DNA of 64,000 bases from TPA_inf: Saccharomyces (Eukaryota): NCBI GenBank assembly GCA_000146045.2, contig BK006942.2, positions 352,001-416,000 on the forward strand, read 5' to 3'. Shown piece by piece: positions 11,221 through 23,430 of this stretch. How positions within the stretch are numbered: the first letter of the stretch is position 1; each line of letters starts with the position of its first letter. The position numbers and the translations under genes were made by a program. Under the pieces are notes generated by a model. That model was given only the letters and a program-made list of their open reading frames with translations. It did not search any database and had not been told where the DNA came from.

Positions 11221-12519
11221 ATGGTTGTTGATACTGAGTATTACGATTTGTTAGGTGTGTCTACCACTGCATCTTCCATTGAAATAAAAAAGGCCTATAG
11301 AAAGAAATCTATTCAAGAGCATCCTGATAAGAATCCCAATGACCCCACGGCTACCGAAAGGTTTCAAGCAATATCCGAAGCTTATCAAGTTTTAGGTGAC
11401 GATGATCTTCGCGCAAAGTATGATAAGTATGGAAGAAAAGAAGCTATTCCTCAGGGCGGCTTTGAAGATGCAGCTGAACAGTTCTCTGTCATCTTTGGTG
11501 GAGATGCGTTTGCCTCATATATTGGCGAACTGATGCTATTAAAGAACCTACAGAAAACTGAGGAGCTAAATGCTGAAGACGAAGCTGAAAAGGAGAAGGA
11601 GAATGTGGAAACAATGGAAGAATCACCTGCAGACGGTAAGACGAATGGCACCACTAACGCTGTTGATGCAGCATTGGGCAATACTAACGAAAAAGATGAC
11701 AAAAATAAGGCGAGGACAACTTCTGGTAATTTAACTGTACACGATGGAAACAAGAAAAATGAGCAGGTAGGAGCAGAAGCTAAGAAGAAGAAGACAAAAT
11801 TAGAGCAGTTTGAGGAAGAACAAGAGGTAGAAAAGCAAAAAAGAGTAGACCAATTAAGCAAAACATTGATTGAAAGATTATCGATATTAACAGAAAGTGT
11901 CTATGATGATGCATGTAAAGATTCCTTTAAAAAAAAGTTCGAAGAGGAAGCCAATCTTTTAAAGATGGAATCATTTGGTCTGGACATATTACACACAATA
12001 GGCGACGTTTACTACGAAAAAGCTGAAATTTTTCTTGCATCCCAGAACCTGTTCGGAATGGGTGGTATATTTCATTCTATGAAGGCTAAAGGGGGAGTAT
12101 TTATGGATACACTAAGAACTGTTTCGGCAGCCATAGACGCTCAGAATACTATGAAGGAGCTTGAAAAAATGAAAGAAGCTAGCACGAATAATGAGCCTTT
12201 GTTTGACAAAGACGGAAATGAGCAAATTAAGCCAACCACTGAGGAACTGGCGCAGCAAGAGCAGCTATTGATGGGCAAAGTATTGTCGGCTGCTTGGCAT
12301 GGTTCTAAATATGAAATAACATCCACTTTACGTGGCGTTTGTAAAAAAGTACTAGAAGATGACTCGGTAAGTAAGAAAACGCTTATCAGAAGAGCTGAAG
12401 CAATGAAACTATTGGGTGAAGTCTTTAAGAAAACTTTCAGAACCAAAGTCGAACAAGAAGAGGCACAGATCTTTGAAGAACTTGTAGCAGAAGCTACAAA
12501 AAAGAAGAGACATACATGA
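11221..12519 (+). CDS. DJP1: Cytosolic J-domain co-chaperone Djp1 (peroxisomal and mitochondrial protein import), 432 aa.
   Basis: ORF 11221..12519. N-terminal J-domain with HPD motif (YYDLLGV...[15 protein letters not shown]). Confidence 0.85.
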   Translation: MVVDTEYYDLLGVSTTASSIEIKKAYRKKSIQEHPDKNPNDPTATERFQAISEAYQVLGDDDLRAKYDKYGRKEAIPQGGFEDAAEQFSVIFGGDAFASYIGELMLLKNLQKTEELNAEDEAEKEKENVETMEESPADGKTNGTTNAVDAALGNTNEKDDKNKARTTSGNLTVHDGNKKNEQVGAEAKKKKTKLEQFEEEQEVEKQKRVDQLSKTLIERLSILTESVYDDACKDSFKKKFEEEANLLKMESFGLDILHTIGDVYYEKAEIFLASQNLFGMGGIFHSMKAKGGVFMDTLRTVSAAIDAQNTMKELEKMKEASTNNEPLFDKDGNEQIKPTTEELAQQEQLLMGKVLSAAWHGSKYEITSTLRGVCKKVLEDDSVSKKTLIRRAEAMKLLGEVFKKTFRTKVEQEEAQIFEELVAEATKKKRHT

Positions 12520-12888
12520 AGTTAGCAATCATCTCTTGTATATTAAAAATTCAAAAATTCACTTTTTTTTATTATCTGTATTCAATATAATATAATGTAT
12601 ATAAGATCACACTAATACTGATAATTCTATTCTTGAAAGAAAGACAATAGAACAATAAAGAAGTGATTGAACTCAGTGACAATGATAATTTATGTGATAA
12701 GGAAGTGGTTATGGCTGGAGAATTATGCCACACTTAAATGATAAGCTCTTTTACCTTTCTGGGTTTAGGAATTTTTTGAGATTAATACAGATAAAAAAAA
12801 ATAGGCCGAACATTAATTACTCATACAACTCAAAAAGTGCAGCGTGCAATTCTAGATCAAGAACATAGATAATATAAACAAAATAACA

Positions 12889-13335
12889 ATGAACAAAATT
12901 CAGCAAATCAACGATAAAGAACTACAAAGTGGAATTCTTAGCCCGCATCAATCATGGCATAATGAATATAAGGATAATGCTTATATATATATCGGAAATC
13001 TCAACCGAGAATTAACAGAAGGTGACATATTGACAGTCTTTTCTGAATATGGAGTCCCTGTAGATGTAATTCTTAGCAGGGATGAAAACACAGGAGAATC
13101 GCAAGGTTTTGCATATTTGAAATATGAGGATCAACGGTCAACGATTCTAGCAGTCGATAATTTAAATGGATTTAAAATTGGCGGTAGAGCCCTCAAAATT
13201 GATCATACTTTTTATAGGCCAAAAAGGAGTTTACAAAAATACTATGAAGCTGTAAAGGAAGAATTGGATCGAGATATAGTTTCGAAGAACAATGCTGAGA
13301 AACTCATTTTGGCTAAAAAGGACCAACCAAATTAA
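12889..13335 (+). CDS. IST3: U2 snRNP / RES-complex RRM protein Ist3 (Snu17), 148 aa.
   Basis: ORF 12889..13335. Single RRM (IYIGNL...QGFAYLKYED). Size and position match. Confidence 0.85.
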   Translation: MNKIQQINDKELQSGILSPHQSWHNEYKDNAYIYIGNLNRELTEGDILTVFSEYGVPVDVILSRDENTGESQGFAYLKYEDQRSTILAVDNLNGFKIGGRALKIDHTFYRPKRSLQKYYEAVKEELDRDIVSKNNAEKLILAKKDQPN

Positions 13336-13465
13336 ATAATTTTTTCTTTCATCGCATATCTTATATTCATATAGCCTAGAAAAAAATAATCAATATCATA
13401 TTTGTAATTCTACATCCTTTCAGAAATTAGTATACATACGTATCTATAGAAAGCAAATTAAATCT

Positions 13466-16400
13466 TCATGGAAGGGGTGGGGGTGGAGGAATACCTGCAG
13501 GTGGAATTGATGGGATACCTGCAGTAGAAACTGGTTGTGCCCCTTCTTCCTCTTCATCTGTACCAACTGATTCAGGAATCGATAAAACGTCATCATCAGA
13601 ATCGGATCCATATGCGCCCGTGCCTTTTTCAGCACCATTGTAGTTATCAACGTGAGCGATAATAGGTTCTGAAGTGGAAGCTTGTTGAGTTGGTAAAGGT
13701 GGGGGTGGAGGCAAAACGCCTCCAGCTAAAGCTGGGGTGGAAGAACCCGATTTTTGCACGGCAGTAGCTATTGCAGGTGCTGAGGGAATTGGAGGTTCTT
13801 GAAAGCCATCAACAGCAGGCAAAGGGGGAGCCAACGGGACGGGTGGCTCCTGAGTAACAGAAGGTGGTATCGGAGCTATTGGAATAGGACTACTCTTTTC
13901 ATTAGAGGTATTCGCCTGAGGGACAGGGACAGCAGGTGGAACAGGGGTAACAGACGGCAAGGGAGCAGCAGTAACAGGTGGAGCACGTGCATGATCAGGA
14001 TGACCAATCTTTGCTTCTTCAACCTTATTATCTACAGCTACGCGGTTATTACTCTCGTCTTCATCAGACCATCCATCATCCTCGTCCTCATCCAATCCTC
14101 TTTGGATTCTTCTTTGCATTTCTGCAGCGCGAGCATCGAAAGTAGATGTAGAGCTAGCTGATGCATCCTTGAAGTATGGATTATGGCCCATTGTCGTGGA
14201 AGGCAGACCAGTACTGTTCTTACCTGCGGCAGGGGTAACAGCAGCGTGTACCGAGCGAGGAGCATTAGTAGAATTTTGCGAAAAAGCTGCAGATGGTGCC
14301 ACTGGAGCGGCCTGAGGAACGTTCACATGGCCGCCAAAGTTGTCTTTTCCGTTTGTCTCCTCTTCGTCACTTTCATTTTGAGCATCCTCAATTTGCTTAC
14401 GTAAAGCTGCAAGTCTTTTTTCTTTATCAGCCTTTTTTTTAAGTTTCAATCGTTTTAGCTCCTCTTGTAAACGCTTTTCTTCATCATCTTCATCTTCATC
14501 ATCGGATTCTTGCTTTGCATTATATACATTCTGAACAGGTTGAGTTGGTTGAACAGGTTGAGTTGGCTGAACAGGTTGAGTTGGCTGAACAGGTTGAGTT
14601 GGCTGAACAGGTTGAGTTGGTTGAACAGGTTGTGTTGATTGAACAGGTTGAGTTGGTTGAGCGACTTCCACATATTTTTCTTCTTGGAATGGAGTTGCTC
14701 TAGGTTCAACTAAATTGGAAGAACCAGCAATCTGTTGTGGCTGTTCTCGAGAGTTTTCACTGCTAATCGATCTGGAACTTTGAGTAACATTTCGCCTATT
14801 CTTATCAAATTTAGCTAATTTTTCCTTCATTCTCTTTTTTGCCTGTTCTTTCAGATAAGCTGCTCTTTCTTCAGCAGTTTTGAACTGAGAATAAGAAGGC
14901 GACGAGGAACGGTCATCTACAGGGGTTGGTGTTGAGGAAGGCACAAAGGGAGATGACTCAGTCACTGATTTATTTGAATTTGACTTCAGATCATCCAAAA
15001 ATTCACGAACACCATCTTCTAACCCTATGCCAAATTCCCATCTTTCAAATTCTTGATTGGATATCATATTCGATCCTGTCATAGTAGACTTCAAGGATGC
15101 AGAAATATCTGATATAGATGACCTTATGTCTTTAATGATTTCTTGGTTCTTACCATTTTCCTGCTGGATTCTCTTGATTTCAGCACTTTGCTGTTCATCT
15201 TCCATGGAAAGTGAATCCTCCGATTCCGTTGATTTTCCTGTTAGAGCAGACATCCTTGCTCTCAACAAAGCCCTACTCTTAGCTTTCTTCCTATCATTTT
15301 CAGTTATTTCACCATTTGGACCAGATCCAATTATCGAAGAAGGATTTTTTTTTCTATACAACTGAATTTTTGCATTGGTAATCTCATTATCAATTGTAGA
15401 AATTTCATTGAATAGGTTTGGAAGTTTGGCGATGATGGCATCAAAGCGGCTTGTCAAATCTGATGGAATAGAACTGTCATAACAGTTTTCAGGATTGCTG
15501 ATATTTTTGATCTCATTTTCCAGTGAAGCAATATTTTTCAGATTTATTTCTCTTGAAAACCCAGCATATTTTGGTTTCGCTGTCTTCTTTTCAACAGTCT
15601 TATCTACCGAAATGTCATCGGTTTGAAGGGTGCTGCTAGAATGATTAACAGATTTAGCAGATGGTGAAGAAAAAGAAGATTGCTCTTCATTTTTCGCAGA
15701 GTAAACCTTCCTACGATTTCTATAGTTCGGCAAAACATCATCATCATTATTTTTGTAGCTCAAGGCATCGATTTTACCAAACGAAGGTTTTTCTTTTGTG
15801 GTCGTTGGCTCTGTCTTTAATTGGTTCTTTAAGTTGTCTAAAAGTTTTGTGCTGGAGGGAATTAAACTTGAAGGTAGGACATTGGGGATTGGCTTCCCGT
15901 TTAATTTACCGTAAACCAAGTGCATACCTAGTGCAAATTCTTGTTTATTCAATTGGCCGGTGTTGTTTATATCACAAAGGTTCCAAATTTGCTCCAAATC
16001 TGCACGATTTAAGCCAGATTTTCTAAAAATCTCCACAGCAGTGGGGGAATCTAACAAACCTTTGTTTTGAGTATCAAAAGTTTCAAAAATTTTATAAAAC
16101 AAAGATTTTTCCTCCGTGGAAATTTTGTCTTGACTTGAGTTATCAATTAAGTTATTATTAAAGTTGGATTTGGTATAAATTTCGTTATTACCAAATCCTG
16201 TCTTTTGGGCAGTCAACGGCATGGTAGCACTAAAGTTAGATGGTGGTAGAAAACCCGTTGGTTGGGGTTGCAACCCGGTTAACTGAGATTGTAATCCTTG
16301 TTGATTAAAGGACAAATTGGGCATACTTGCAGGACCGCTTTGCTGGGGCATAACGGAACCATATCCTCCGGTATACTGAGATTGCAAAGCACCGCCGGTC

Positions 16401-17908
16401 AACTGAGGTCCTAAATTAACGCCAAATGAAGTCTGTGGCATCATACCAGTTGTCTGTGGCATCATACCAGTTGTCTGTGGCATCATACCAGTTGTCTGAG
16501 GTTGCAAAGCATTGCCAGTAATGTTGGGTTGCATAGAGGCAGGTGCTCCTCCAGTAATTTGGGGGTTCAATCCGGGAGTTCCGGTATTCATTGACATGTT
16601 GAAAGTGGTTGGTGCCATAAATCCTGTGGATTGAGGATTCAACGCCGAGGCAACACCGCCTCCAGTAATTTGAGACTGTAATGGGATACCAAAACTAGTT
16701 TGAGGCATATATCCTGTTGGTTGAGGTTGCAAATTTTGTACGCCCGCTGTAATGAATTCATCAAAGGGAGTTTTTGGGGCATCGTTTGCGGAAGAATCCT
16801 GGTTTGCAATGCTTAAATTAATGGCGTCAATAAAACTTGAAACTTCGTTTTTTGTCTTAGAATCCAATTCGTAAGGGATAGTGTCACCTTGTAAGACATC
16901 ATTGATCAAATGCATTGCTAATGCAAATTCAGGAAACAGTAACTCACCTGCTTTTGATGTATCACAAAGCGTCCAAATTCTTGCGAGTTGAGAAGGTGGC
17001 AAACCGGATCTCATCAAAATTTTCCTACAATTAGCACCGGAAACAGTATTCGAACCATTGGTAACAATTGATCTGAATAGAGTCTCAAATTTTGCCTGAT
17101 CTTGGGCAGTAATAAACGACAATCTAATGGCAGGGATTTTGATATCATTGTTTAGACCGTTGTTGGCAAATGAGTTGACAAAGCCAGTTGCGGTGGGCTT
17201 TAATGGTTCTAAGGGAGCTTGGTTTTGCGGTTGAAGGTAAAATCCTGTTTGCTGCGGCTTCAAAGGTTGCAAGGACTGTGCTTGCTGAGGAGGTGGCACC
17301 TGTTGAGGTTGAGATTGATAATAACCAGTGCCCTGGGCCTGAAGGGGCTGCTGGGTTTGATTAGAAGAGATCAAATTGGGTGTAGACACATAATATCCTG
17401 TCCCTTGAGATTGCAAAGGTTGTACTGAGTGTACATTTGCAGTATTAGCAGCTTGGTAATAGCCTGTTCCTTGGGGTTGTATGGATTGTAGCTGAGGCTG
17501 TTGAGCCGGATTAGGTGGAGGCATGGTGCCAGTAGTATTCATCATAGGCATACTGGAATTTGGTACGTATCCCGTATGCTGCGGTTTCGCCTGCTGTTGT
17601 TGCTGCTGGGGTTGTTGGCCAAAATTACCATTACCATATACACTACCATTATTTCCATTATTATTGTAACCCGTTTGGGGCTGCTGTGGCATACTTGAGA
17701 AAGAATTACCAAAACTTTGAGGCATCCCACCAATTCCGGTAGCCTGAGGCTGGTTAAACGCCATTTGCTGTTGTGGTTGAGGCTGGCCTTGGGGCTGGTT
17801 TGAAGACTGACCTTGCTGCTGCTGCGGGTAGAATCCATTTGGTTGTTGCTGCTGTTGCTGCTGTTGCTGCTGGTAACCCATGCCCTGTTGCTGGTACGGG
17901 TTATACAT
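13466..17908 (-). CDS. PAN1: Endocytic scaffold Pan1 (Eps15-like): two EH domains inside long repeats, Q-rich N-terminus, proline-rich C-terminus. 1480 aa.
   Basis: ORF 13466..17908 minus strand. N-terminus [22 protein letters not shown]. Two EH-domain regions, a (QPTQPV)n repeat, and a C-terminal polyproline tail (PPPPPLP). Confidence 0.92.
14533..14655. repeat. 18-nt coding tandem repeat (gaacaggttgagttggct)~7 in PAN1, encoding (QPTQPV)n.
   Basis: Direct reading; near-perfect copies. Confidence 0.9.
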
Positions 17909-18416
17909 ATTCAGTTGTACAGATTAGCAATTTCGCGTCGCTGATAGATTCTTCCTCTTCCTGCTTCTCGACGTGTGTTTCGCCAATAGATCTATATGGC
18001 TTTCTAATGCTTTTTTTCTTCCAATACCAACTTTTGCCCCTAACAAGAAAAAAATATCGTCGACGTGTCATGTGATCAAGCCAATTTATAATAACAAGCG
18101 ATTGATAAACAGAGTATACATAGCTACTATGCGACTGAGAGATCAATCGGTTATCGTGAGCACCTACCTTTAAGGTTTAACAGATCTGGACGTGATTTTT
18201 TTTTTTTTTTTTTGACGAACCAGATTGTCAAATAAACATTGTTAATTGATGAATTTTTAATATCTGCCCAATTGAAGCATAAAAAGCGTCTTAGGAAAGC
18301 ATTCGTTAAATATCTCTACTGTTGGTAAGCAGGTACTTCAGTAAAAAACCATATTAAACCCAAAATTATCAAATTAGTAGTACATAAGATCGAAGTAGAA
18401 AAAATATAGATTATAA

Positions 18417-18488
18417 TCCGATATAGTGTAACGGCTATCACATCACGCTTTCACCGTGGAGACCGGGGTTCGACTCCCCGTATCGGAG
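18417..18488 (+). tRNA. tE(UUC): tRNA-Glu, anticodon UUC, 72 nt, intronless.
   Basis: Sequence TCCGATATAGTGTAACGGCTATCACATCACGCTTTCACCGTGGAGACCGGGGTTCGACTCCCCGTATCGGAG matches yeast tRNA-Glu. It has a GTTCGACTCC T-arm (B box), an A-box-like GTGTAACGG, and a CTTTCAC anticodon loop. A T7 run at ~18503-18509 serves as the Pol III terminator. Confidence 0.93.
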
Positions 18489-18703
18489 TATGTTTATTTT
18501 ATTTTTTTCATATCCGCTCGAATATTGCCTTCGTTTAAGGTTTCTATATCTCTGGTAAACCTTAACAATGGAATTAATATTAATTCTATATTTCGCAATA
18601 ATTCTACTGACAGTTATTTTCTTAACCTTTCTTCTCTTTTTTTATTTATTTATTTCTTTTTCTTTCGTACCTAAATTGTTTGAATTTAATAAGAACAGAT
18701 CAT

Positions 18704-20998
18704 ATGCCTGCCAAAATACACATTTCTGCAGACGGTCAGTTTTGCGATAAAGATGGCAACGAGATCCAATTGCGTGGTGTCAATTTGGATCCGTCAGTTA
18801 AAATCCCTGCAAAGCCATTCCTATCCACCCACGCTCCCATAGAAAATGACACGTTTTTCGAGGATGCTGATAAAGTCAGTTTCATCAATCACCCCTTAGT
18901 TCTTGATGATATCGAACAGCATATCATCAGATTGAAATCACTGGGTTACAATACCATTCGTTTACCCTTCACCTGGGAATCTCTTGAACATGCTGGTCCA
19001 GGACAGTACGATTTTGACTATATGGATTATATCGTCGAGGTACTAACCAGGATTAACAGCGTACAACAAGGTATGTACATTTATTTGGACCCTCACCAAG
19101 ACGTCTGGTCTAGGTTTAGCGGTGGATCTGGAGCACCGCTATGGACCTTATACTGTGCAGGGTTTCAACCTGCAAACTTCCTGGCCACCGATGCTGCAAT
19201 CTTACATAATTATTATATTGACCCCAAAACGGGCAGGGAAGTTGGCAAAGATGAAGAGTCCTACCCTAAGATGGTTTGGCCTACAAACTACTTCAAACTG
19301 GCGTGTCAAACAATGTTTACGTTATTCTTTGGTGGGAAACAATATGCTCCTAAGTGCACAATTAATGGAGAAAACATACAGGATTACTTGCAAGGAAGGT
19401 TTAATGATGCAATCATGACACTGTGCGCAAGAATTAAAGAAAAGGCTCCTGAGTTGTTTGAGAGCAACTGCATTATTGGATTAGAGTCTATGAACGAGCC
19501 AAACTGTGGTTACATTGGTGAAACAAATCTCGATGTGATTCCGAAAGAGAGAAATTTGAAATTGGGCAAAACGCCAACGGCATTTCAAAGCTTTATGCTG
19601 GGTGAAGGTATTGAGTGCACAATAGATCAATATAAAAGGACATTTTTTGGATTTTCTAAGGGAAAACCGTGCACAATCAATCCCAAAGGCAAAAAAGCTT
19701 GGCTGAGTGCAGAGGAAAGAGATGCGATAGATGCGAAGTATAATTGGGAAAGGAACCCTGAATGGAAACCAGACACTTGCATTTGGAAACTCCATGGTGT
19801 TTGGGAGATTCAGAATGGTAAACGCCCTGTTTTACTCAAACCAAATTACTTTAGCCAACCTGATGCAACGGTATTTATAAACAATCATTTTGTTGACTAT
19901 TACACTGGAATTTATAACAAGTTTAGGGAATTCGATCAAGAATTGTTTATTATAATCCAACCGCCGGTAATGAAGCCACCACCCAATTTACAAAATTCTA
20001 AAATATTGGACAATAGGACGATTTGTGCATGTCATTTTTATGATGGTATGACACTAATGTATAAGACATGGAATAAACGAATTGGCATAGACACCTATGG
20101 ACTAGTAAACAAAAAATACTCAAATCCTGCCTTTGCTGTAGTGCTTGGCGAAAACAATATACGGAAATGCATTAGGAAGCAATTATCAGAAATGCAAAAG
20201 GACGCTAAATCCATGCTTGGAAAAAAAGTACCTGTATTCTTCACCGAAATTGGTATTCCATTTGACATGGACGACAAGAAAGCATATATTACAAATGACT
20301 ATTCTTCACAGACCGCTGCATTGGATGCTCTTGGATTTGCATTAGAAGGAAGTAATCTTTCGTACACCTTATGGTGTTATTGCAGTATTAATTCACATAT
20401 ATGGGGTGACAATTGGAACAATGAAGATTTTTCGATTTGGTCCCCGGATGACAAACCACTCTATCACGATACCCGAGCAAAAACTCCTACTCCTGAGCCA
20501 TCTCCAGCCTCTACTGTGGCTTCGGTATCCACTTCTACATCTAAATCGGGTTCTTCACAACCACCAAGTTTCATAAAACCAGATAATCATTTAGATTTGG
20601 ATAGTCCCTCGTGCACTTTAAAGAGCGACTTGTCAGGGTTCAGAGCTCTTGATGCTATAATGAGACCATTCCCCATACAAATTCACGGAAGATTTGAGTT
20701 TGCTGAGTTTAACTTATGTAATAAATCCTACCTTTTGAAATTAGTTGGTAAAACGACACCTGAACAGATAACTGTCCCTACATATATTTTTATACCACGG
20801 CACCATTTTACACCAAGCCGGTTGTCAATTCGTTCATCATCAGGTCATTATACCTATAACACTGACTACCAGGTTCTTGAATGGTTTCACGAGCCTGGCC
20901 ATCAGTTCATTGAAATTTGCGCAAAATCGAAGTCAAGGCCCAACACCCCTGGAAGTGACACTTCGAATGACTTACCAGCGGAATGCGTTATCAGCTAA
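18704..20998 (+). CDS. EGH1: Glycoside hydrolase family 5 enzyme (steryl/ergosteryl-beta-glucosidase, YIR007W/EGH1), 764 aa from Met at 18704 (track ORF begins at 18680).
   Basis: ORF 18680..20998. GH5-like core (RLPFTWESLEH...NEPN catalytic acid motif around LESMNEPNCG). Position after tE(UUC) and before PRI1. Confidence 0.8.
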   Translation: MPAKIHISADGQFCDKDGNEIQLRGVNLDPSVKIPAKPFLSTHAPIENDTFFEDADKVSFINHPLVLDDIEQHIIRLKSLGYNTIRLPFTWESLEHAGPGQYDFDYMDYIVEVLTRINSVQQGMYIYLDPHQDVWSRFSGGSGAPLWTLYCAGFQPANFLATDAAILHNYYIDPKTGREVGKDEESYPKMVWPTNYFKLACQTMFTLFFGGKQYAPKCTINGENIQDYLQGRFNDAIMTLCARIKEKAPELFESNCIIGLESMNEPNCGYIGETNLDVIPKERNLKLGKTPTAFQSFMLGEGIECTIDQYKRTFFGFSKGKPCTINPKGKKAWLSAEERDAIDAKYNWERNPEWKPDTCIWKLHGVWEIQNGKRPVLLKPNYFSQPDATVFINNHFVDYYTGIYNKFREFDQELFIIIQPPVMKPPPNLQNSKILDNRTICACHFYDGMTLMYKTWNKRIGIDTYGLVNKKYSNPAFAVVLGENNIRKCIRKQLSEMQKDAKSMLGKKVPVFFTEIGIPFDMDDKKAYITNDYSSQTAALDALGFALEGSNLSYTLWCYCSINSHIWGDNWNNEDFSIWSPDDKPLYHDTRAKTPTPEPSPASTVASVSTSTSKSGSSQPPSFIKPDNHLDLDSPSCTLKSDLSGFRALDAIMRPFPIQIHGRFEFAEFNLCNKSYLLKLVGKTTPEQITVPTYIFIPRHHFTPSRLSIRSSSGHYTYNTDYQVLEWFHEPGHQFIEICAKSKSRPNTPGSDTSNDLPAECVIS

Positions 20999-21076
20999 AC
21001 AAAAATTGAACCAAAAGCTATAGTAGTCATATATATATATATACACCCTTTTTATTGTTACAAAAAGATTTCACCA

Positions 21077-22306
21077 TCAGAAATCTAAAGAAGCCGGTTC
21101 ATCATCATCTTCACGTTCTCTTTTCACTGAACCCAGTTCATTTTTCAAAAGAGAACTCACATATGCTTGGAACTGATTGATAAAAGGTTGTAAAGCTGTT
21201 AATGAAACATCATTATTTTTCTCCATTTCTGTTTGAAGATCAATTAGCTTAGGTGCTTTTTCAGGTGCAAAGGATTCATCAATAGGCACACAGACATTCC
21301 CCGTAGCAGGATGAATACAAAAAGGGGCCTTTAACAAATGAATTGTTTGCTTTGTAACTTCCACATCCAGCTTCGGATAAAGAGTCATCAATACGAGATC
21401 TTCCTTACATTCACGTAACTTAATTATGTGAGAGTCTTGCTTGGGGCCTTTGAAGAGCGATGTAGCTATCTGATCTATATCATTCCACTTCTCTTTGCTT
21501 GACCTCCTTGGATTGTCCAGCCAATACTTCTTTAATGAATCAATCAATTGTTTATCATATAATGCAGGCAATAAAGTTTGGATAGCATGTTGGTCATCTT
21601 CCCAAGGATTTTGCTCTTCGAGCATAATGCTGACAAAGAAAGGTTTCAATTGCTCCAAAGAACGAGCAAGATGAGGGTGATAAGGCCTCTTCAAAGCCAA
21701 TCGCTTGTCAGTATTTCTGTCTCTAATCACGTTGACATAATCTAAAACGTTTCTTCGTTGTACATCCGTCAAAGCCCGTGCCCGTTTGTCGCTTACCCAA
21801 CAATGAGCACCACGTCTACCTGAAAATACCCAGATGAAGTCCTTATAACCAAAATCCTCTCTTAGGGCCGTGTTCGTAATTTTCATTGCCAAAGATATAA
21901 ATTTCCAGCACTTAGAGCAAACTTGGGCTCCGGAGCAACACGTTCTGAAGGCATCGTAATCATCCATATCAATATCAAACACCAACTCCTTCTCTAAAGC
22001 TTTCAATTCGCTTTTTAATAGAGTATCACGTTCTCTTGGCGGTTTGTTATATATGGCACCGATTTCAAATCTGTCTGGGTTGGCTTTTTCTATTTGTGCT
22101 TTGAAATCTTGCACAGAGTTAAAAGAATTATACCTTTTGTAAGCACCTGACCTGAACGCCATAGCGAATTCTCTGTTAATCATATCCCTAGAAGGTTTGG
22201 GCGAATGATTCAGCCAGTTGAAAATGTGTTTGAATGGATAGAGCGACTTATAGTAGTACTCCATGTCTGAGGAGCTTGGCCCATTAGTCTTTACTGAATT
22301 GGTCAT
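21077..22306 (-). CDS. PRI1: DNA primase small (catalytic, p48) subunit, 409 aa.
   Basis: ORF 21077..22306 minus strand. Primase small-subunit motifs (ELVFDIDMDDYD metal-binding aspartates; CCSGAQVCSKCW zinc knuckle). Confidence 0.92.
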   Translation of the reverse strand: MTNSVKTNGPSSSDMEYYYKSLYPFKHIFNWLNHSPKPSRDMINREFAMAFRSGAYKRYNSFNSVQDFKAQIEKANPDRFEIGAIYNKPPRERDTLLKSELKALEKELVFDIDMDDYDAFRTCCSGAQVCSKCWKFISLAMKITNTALREDFGYKDFIWVFSGRRGAHCWVSDKRARALTDVQRRNVLDYVNVIRDRNTDKRLALKRPYHPHLARSLEQLKPFFVSIMLEEQNPWEDDQHAIQTLLPALYDKQLIDSLKKYWLDNPRRSSKEKWNDIDQIATSLFKGPKQDSHIIKLRECKEDLVLMTLYPKLDVEVTKQTIHLLKAPFCIHPATGNVCVPIDESFAPEKAPKLIDLQTEMEKNNDVSLTALQPFINQFQAYVSSLLKNELGSVKREREDDDEPASLDF

Positions 22307-22524
22307 GATGTTTATAAAACAGTTTTTTGAGTTGCTAAAACTAATTTTTGCTAGTATTATGGCACGCTTTTCTCTTCAGCTTCAAAGTATTTTTGATTAA
22401 TTTTTTATCTTTTTGGCGTTATGAAACTTTTCAACTGAAAGAAAACAATAGGTAAAAGTGGCAAAGGGCACTGACCGAGCAACTGTTTCGAAACTCACGC
22501 ATCATTCACACGTAGGATATAGTA

Positions 22525-22860
22525 ATGGTTGAACCAGCAAGGAAAAAGCAGAGGATTGATCGCGATACTCATCACACTGTGGCTGAACCAGTAACGGAAG
22601 CTAAAAATACGCTGTACGTGAGCCAGCTTAATGAAAAAATTAATATGCAACGACTGCGAGTAAACCTTTTTTTGCTCTTTGCTACGTTTGGAGAGGTACT
22701 GAAGGTTAGCATGAATTTCAAGAAACAGCGGGGCCAAGCCTTTATCACCATGAGAACCATCGACCAGGCCAGTCTGGCCCAGATTTCATTAAACGGCGAG
22801 CGATTCTTTGGTAAGCCTTTGAAAGTTGAGTTCAGCAAGAGTGAAACTAAAACACTATGA
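22525..22860 (+). CDS. MSL1: U2 snRNP B'' protein Msl1 (U2B'' homologue), 111 aa.
   Basis: ORF 22525..22860. Single RRM ([10 protein letters not shown]...RGQAFITM). Size and position match. Confidence 0.85.
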
Positions 22861-23430
22861 CTGGCTTAACGCTCTATTCATAGCAGCACGTATATACCGA
22901 GAAGAGCTGCCATAGGGGCACATCAAAGTCAAGAGCGCAGAACCAAACCAAAATGTTTATATCCAAACAACCCGGCGTTATAGATGGTCGTCAACGGACA
23001 AATAATATCAAGGCATGTATCAATATGGAGTAGATATAGAATCTACAAAAATCTGTAGCAGAAAGAGTCTCCCGAAAAGACATACTGCAGAACGGCCGCT
23101 TATTCCTCACTTCAATTGCTTAAATAATACAAAGGGCAAACCACAGAGTACCCCATTGCCAAAAGACGTTTATTACATTTTGGAAGTGATAATTTAGTAT
23201 ATAAGACAGCTTACTATATGATGAATTACAGTGTAGTTCAGCGTTTATATGTGGCTTCGTTTAAAATGATATATATTTCTAGTAAAAGCAAAAATTCACA
23301 AATGATAAACAAATCAAAATAAACATCAAAAGAACCGCCAATTGATAAAAGCACAAAGTACCAGGCAGAGTTGTGAAACCGGGCCTCTTCTATTGTACCA
23401 CACACAAATTTTTCTTTATTTAGGTAGAGG

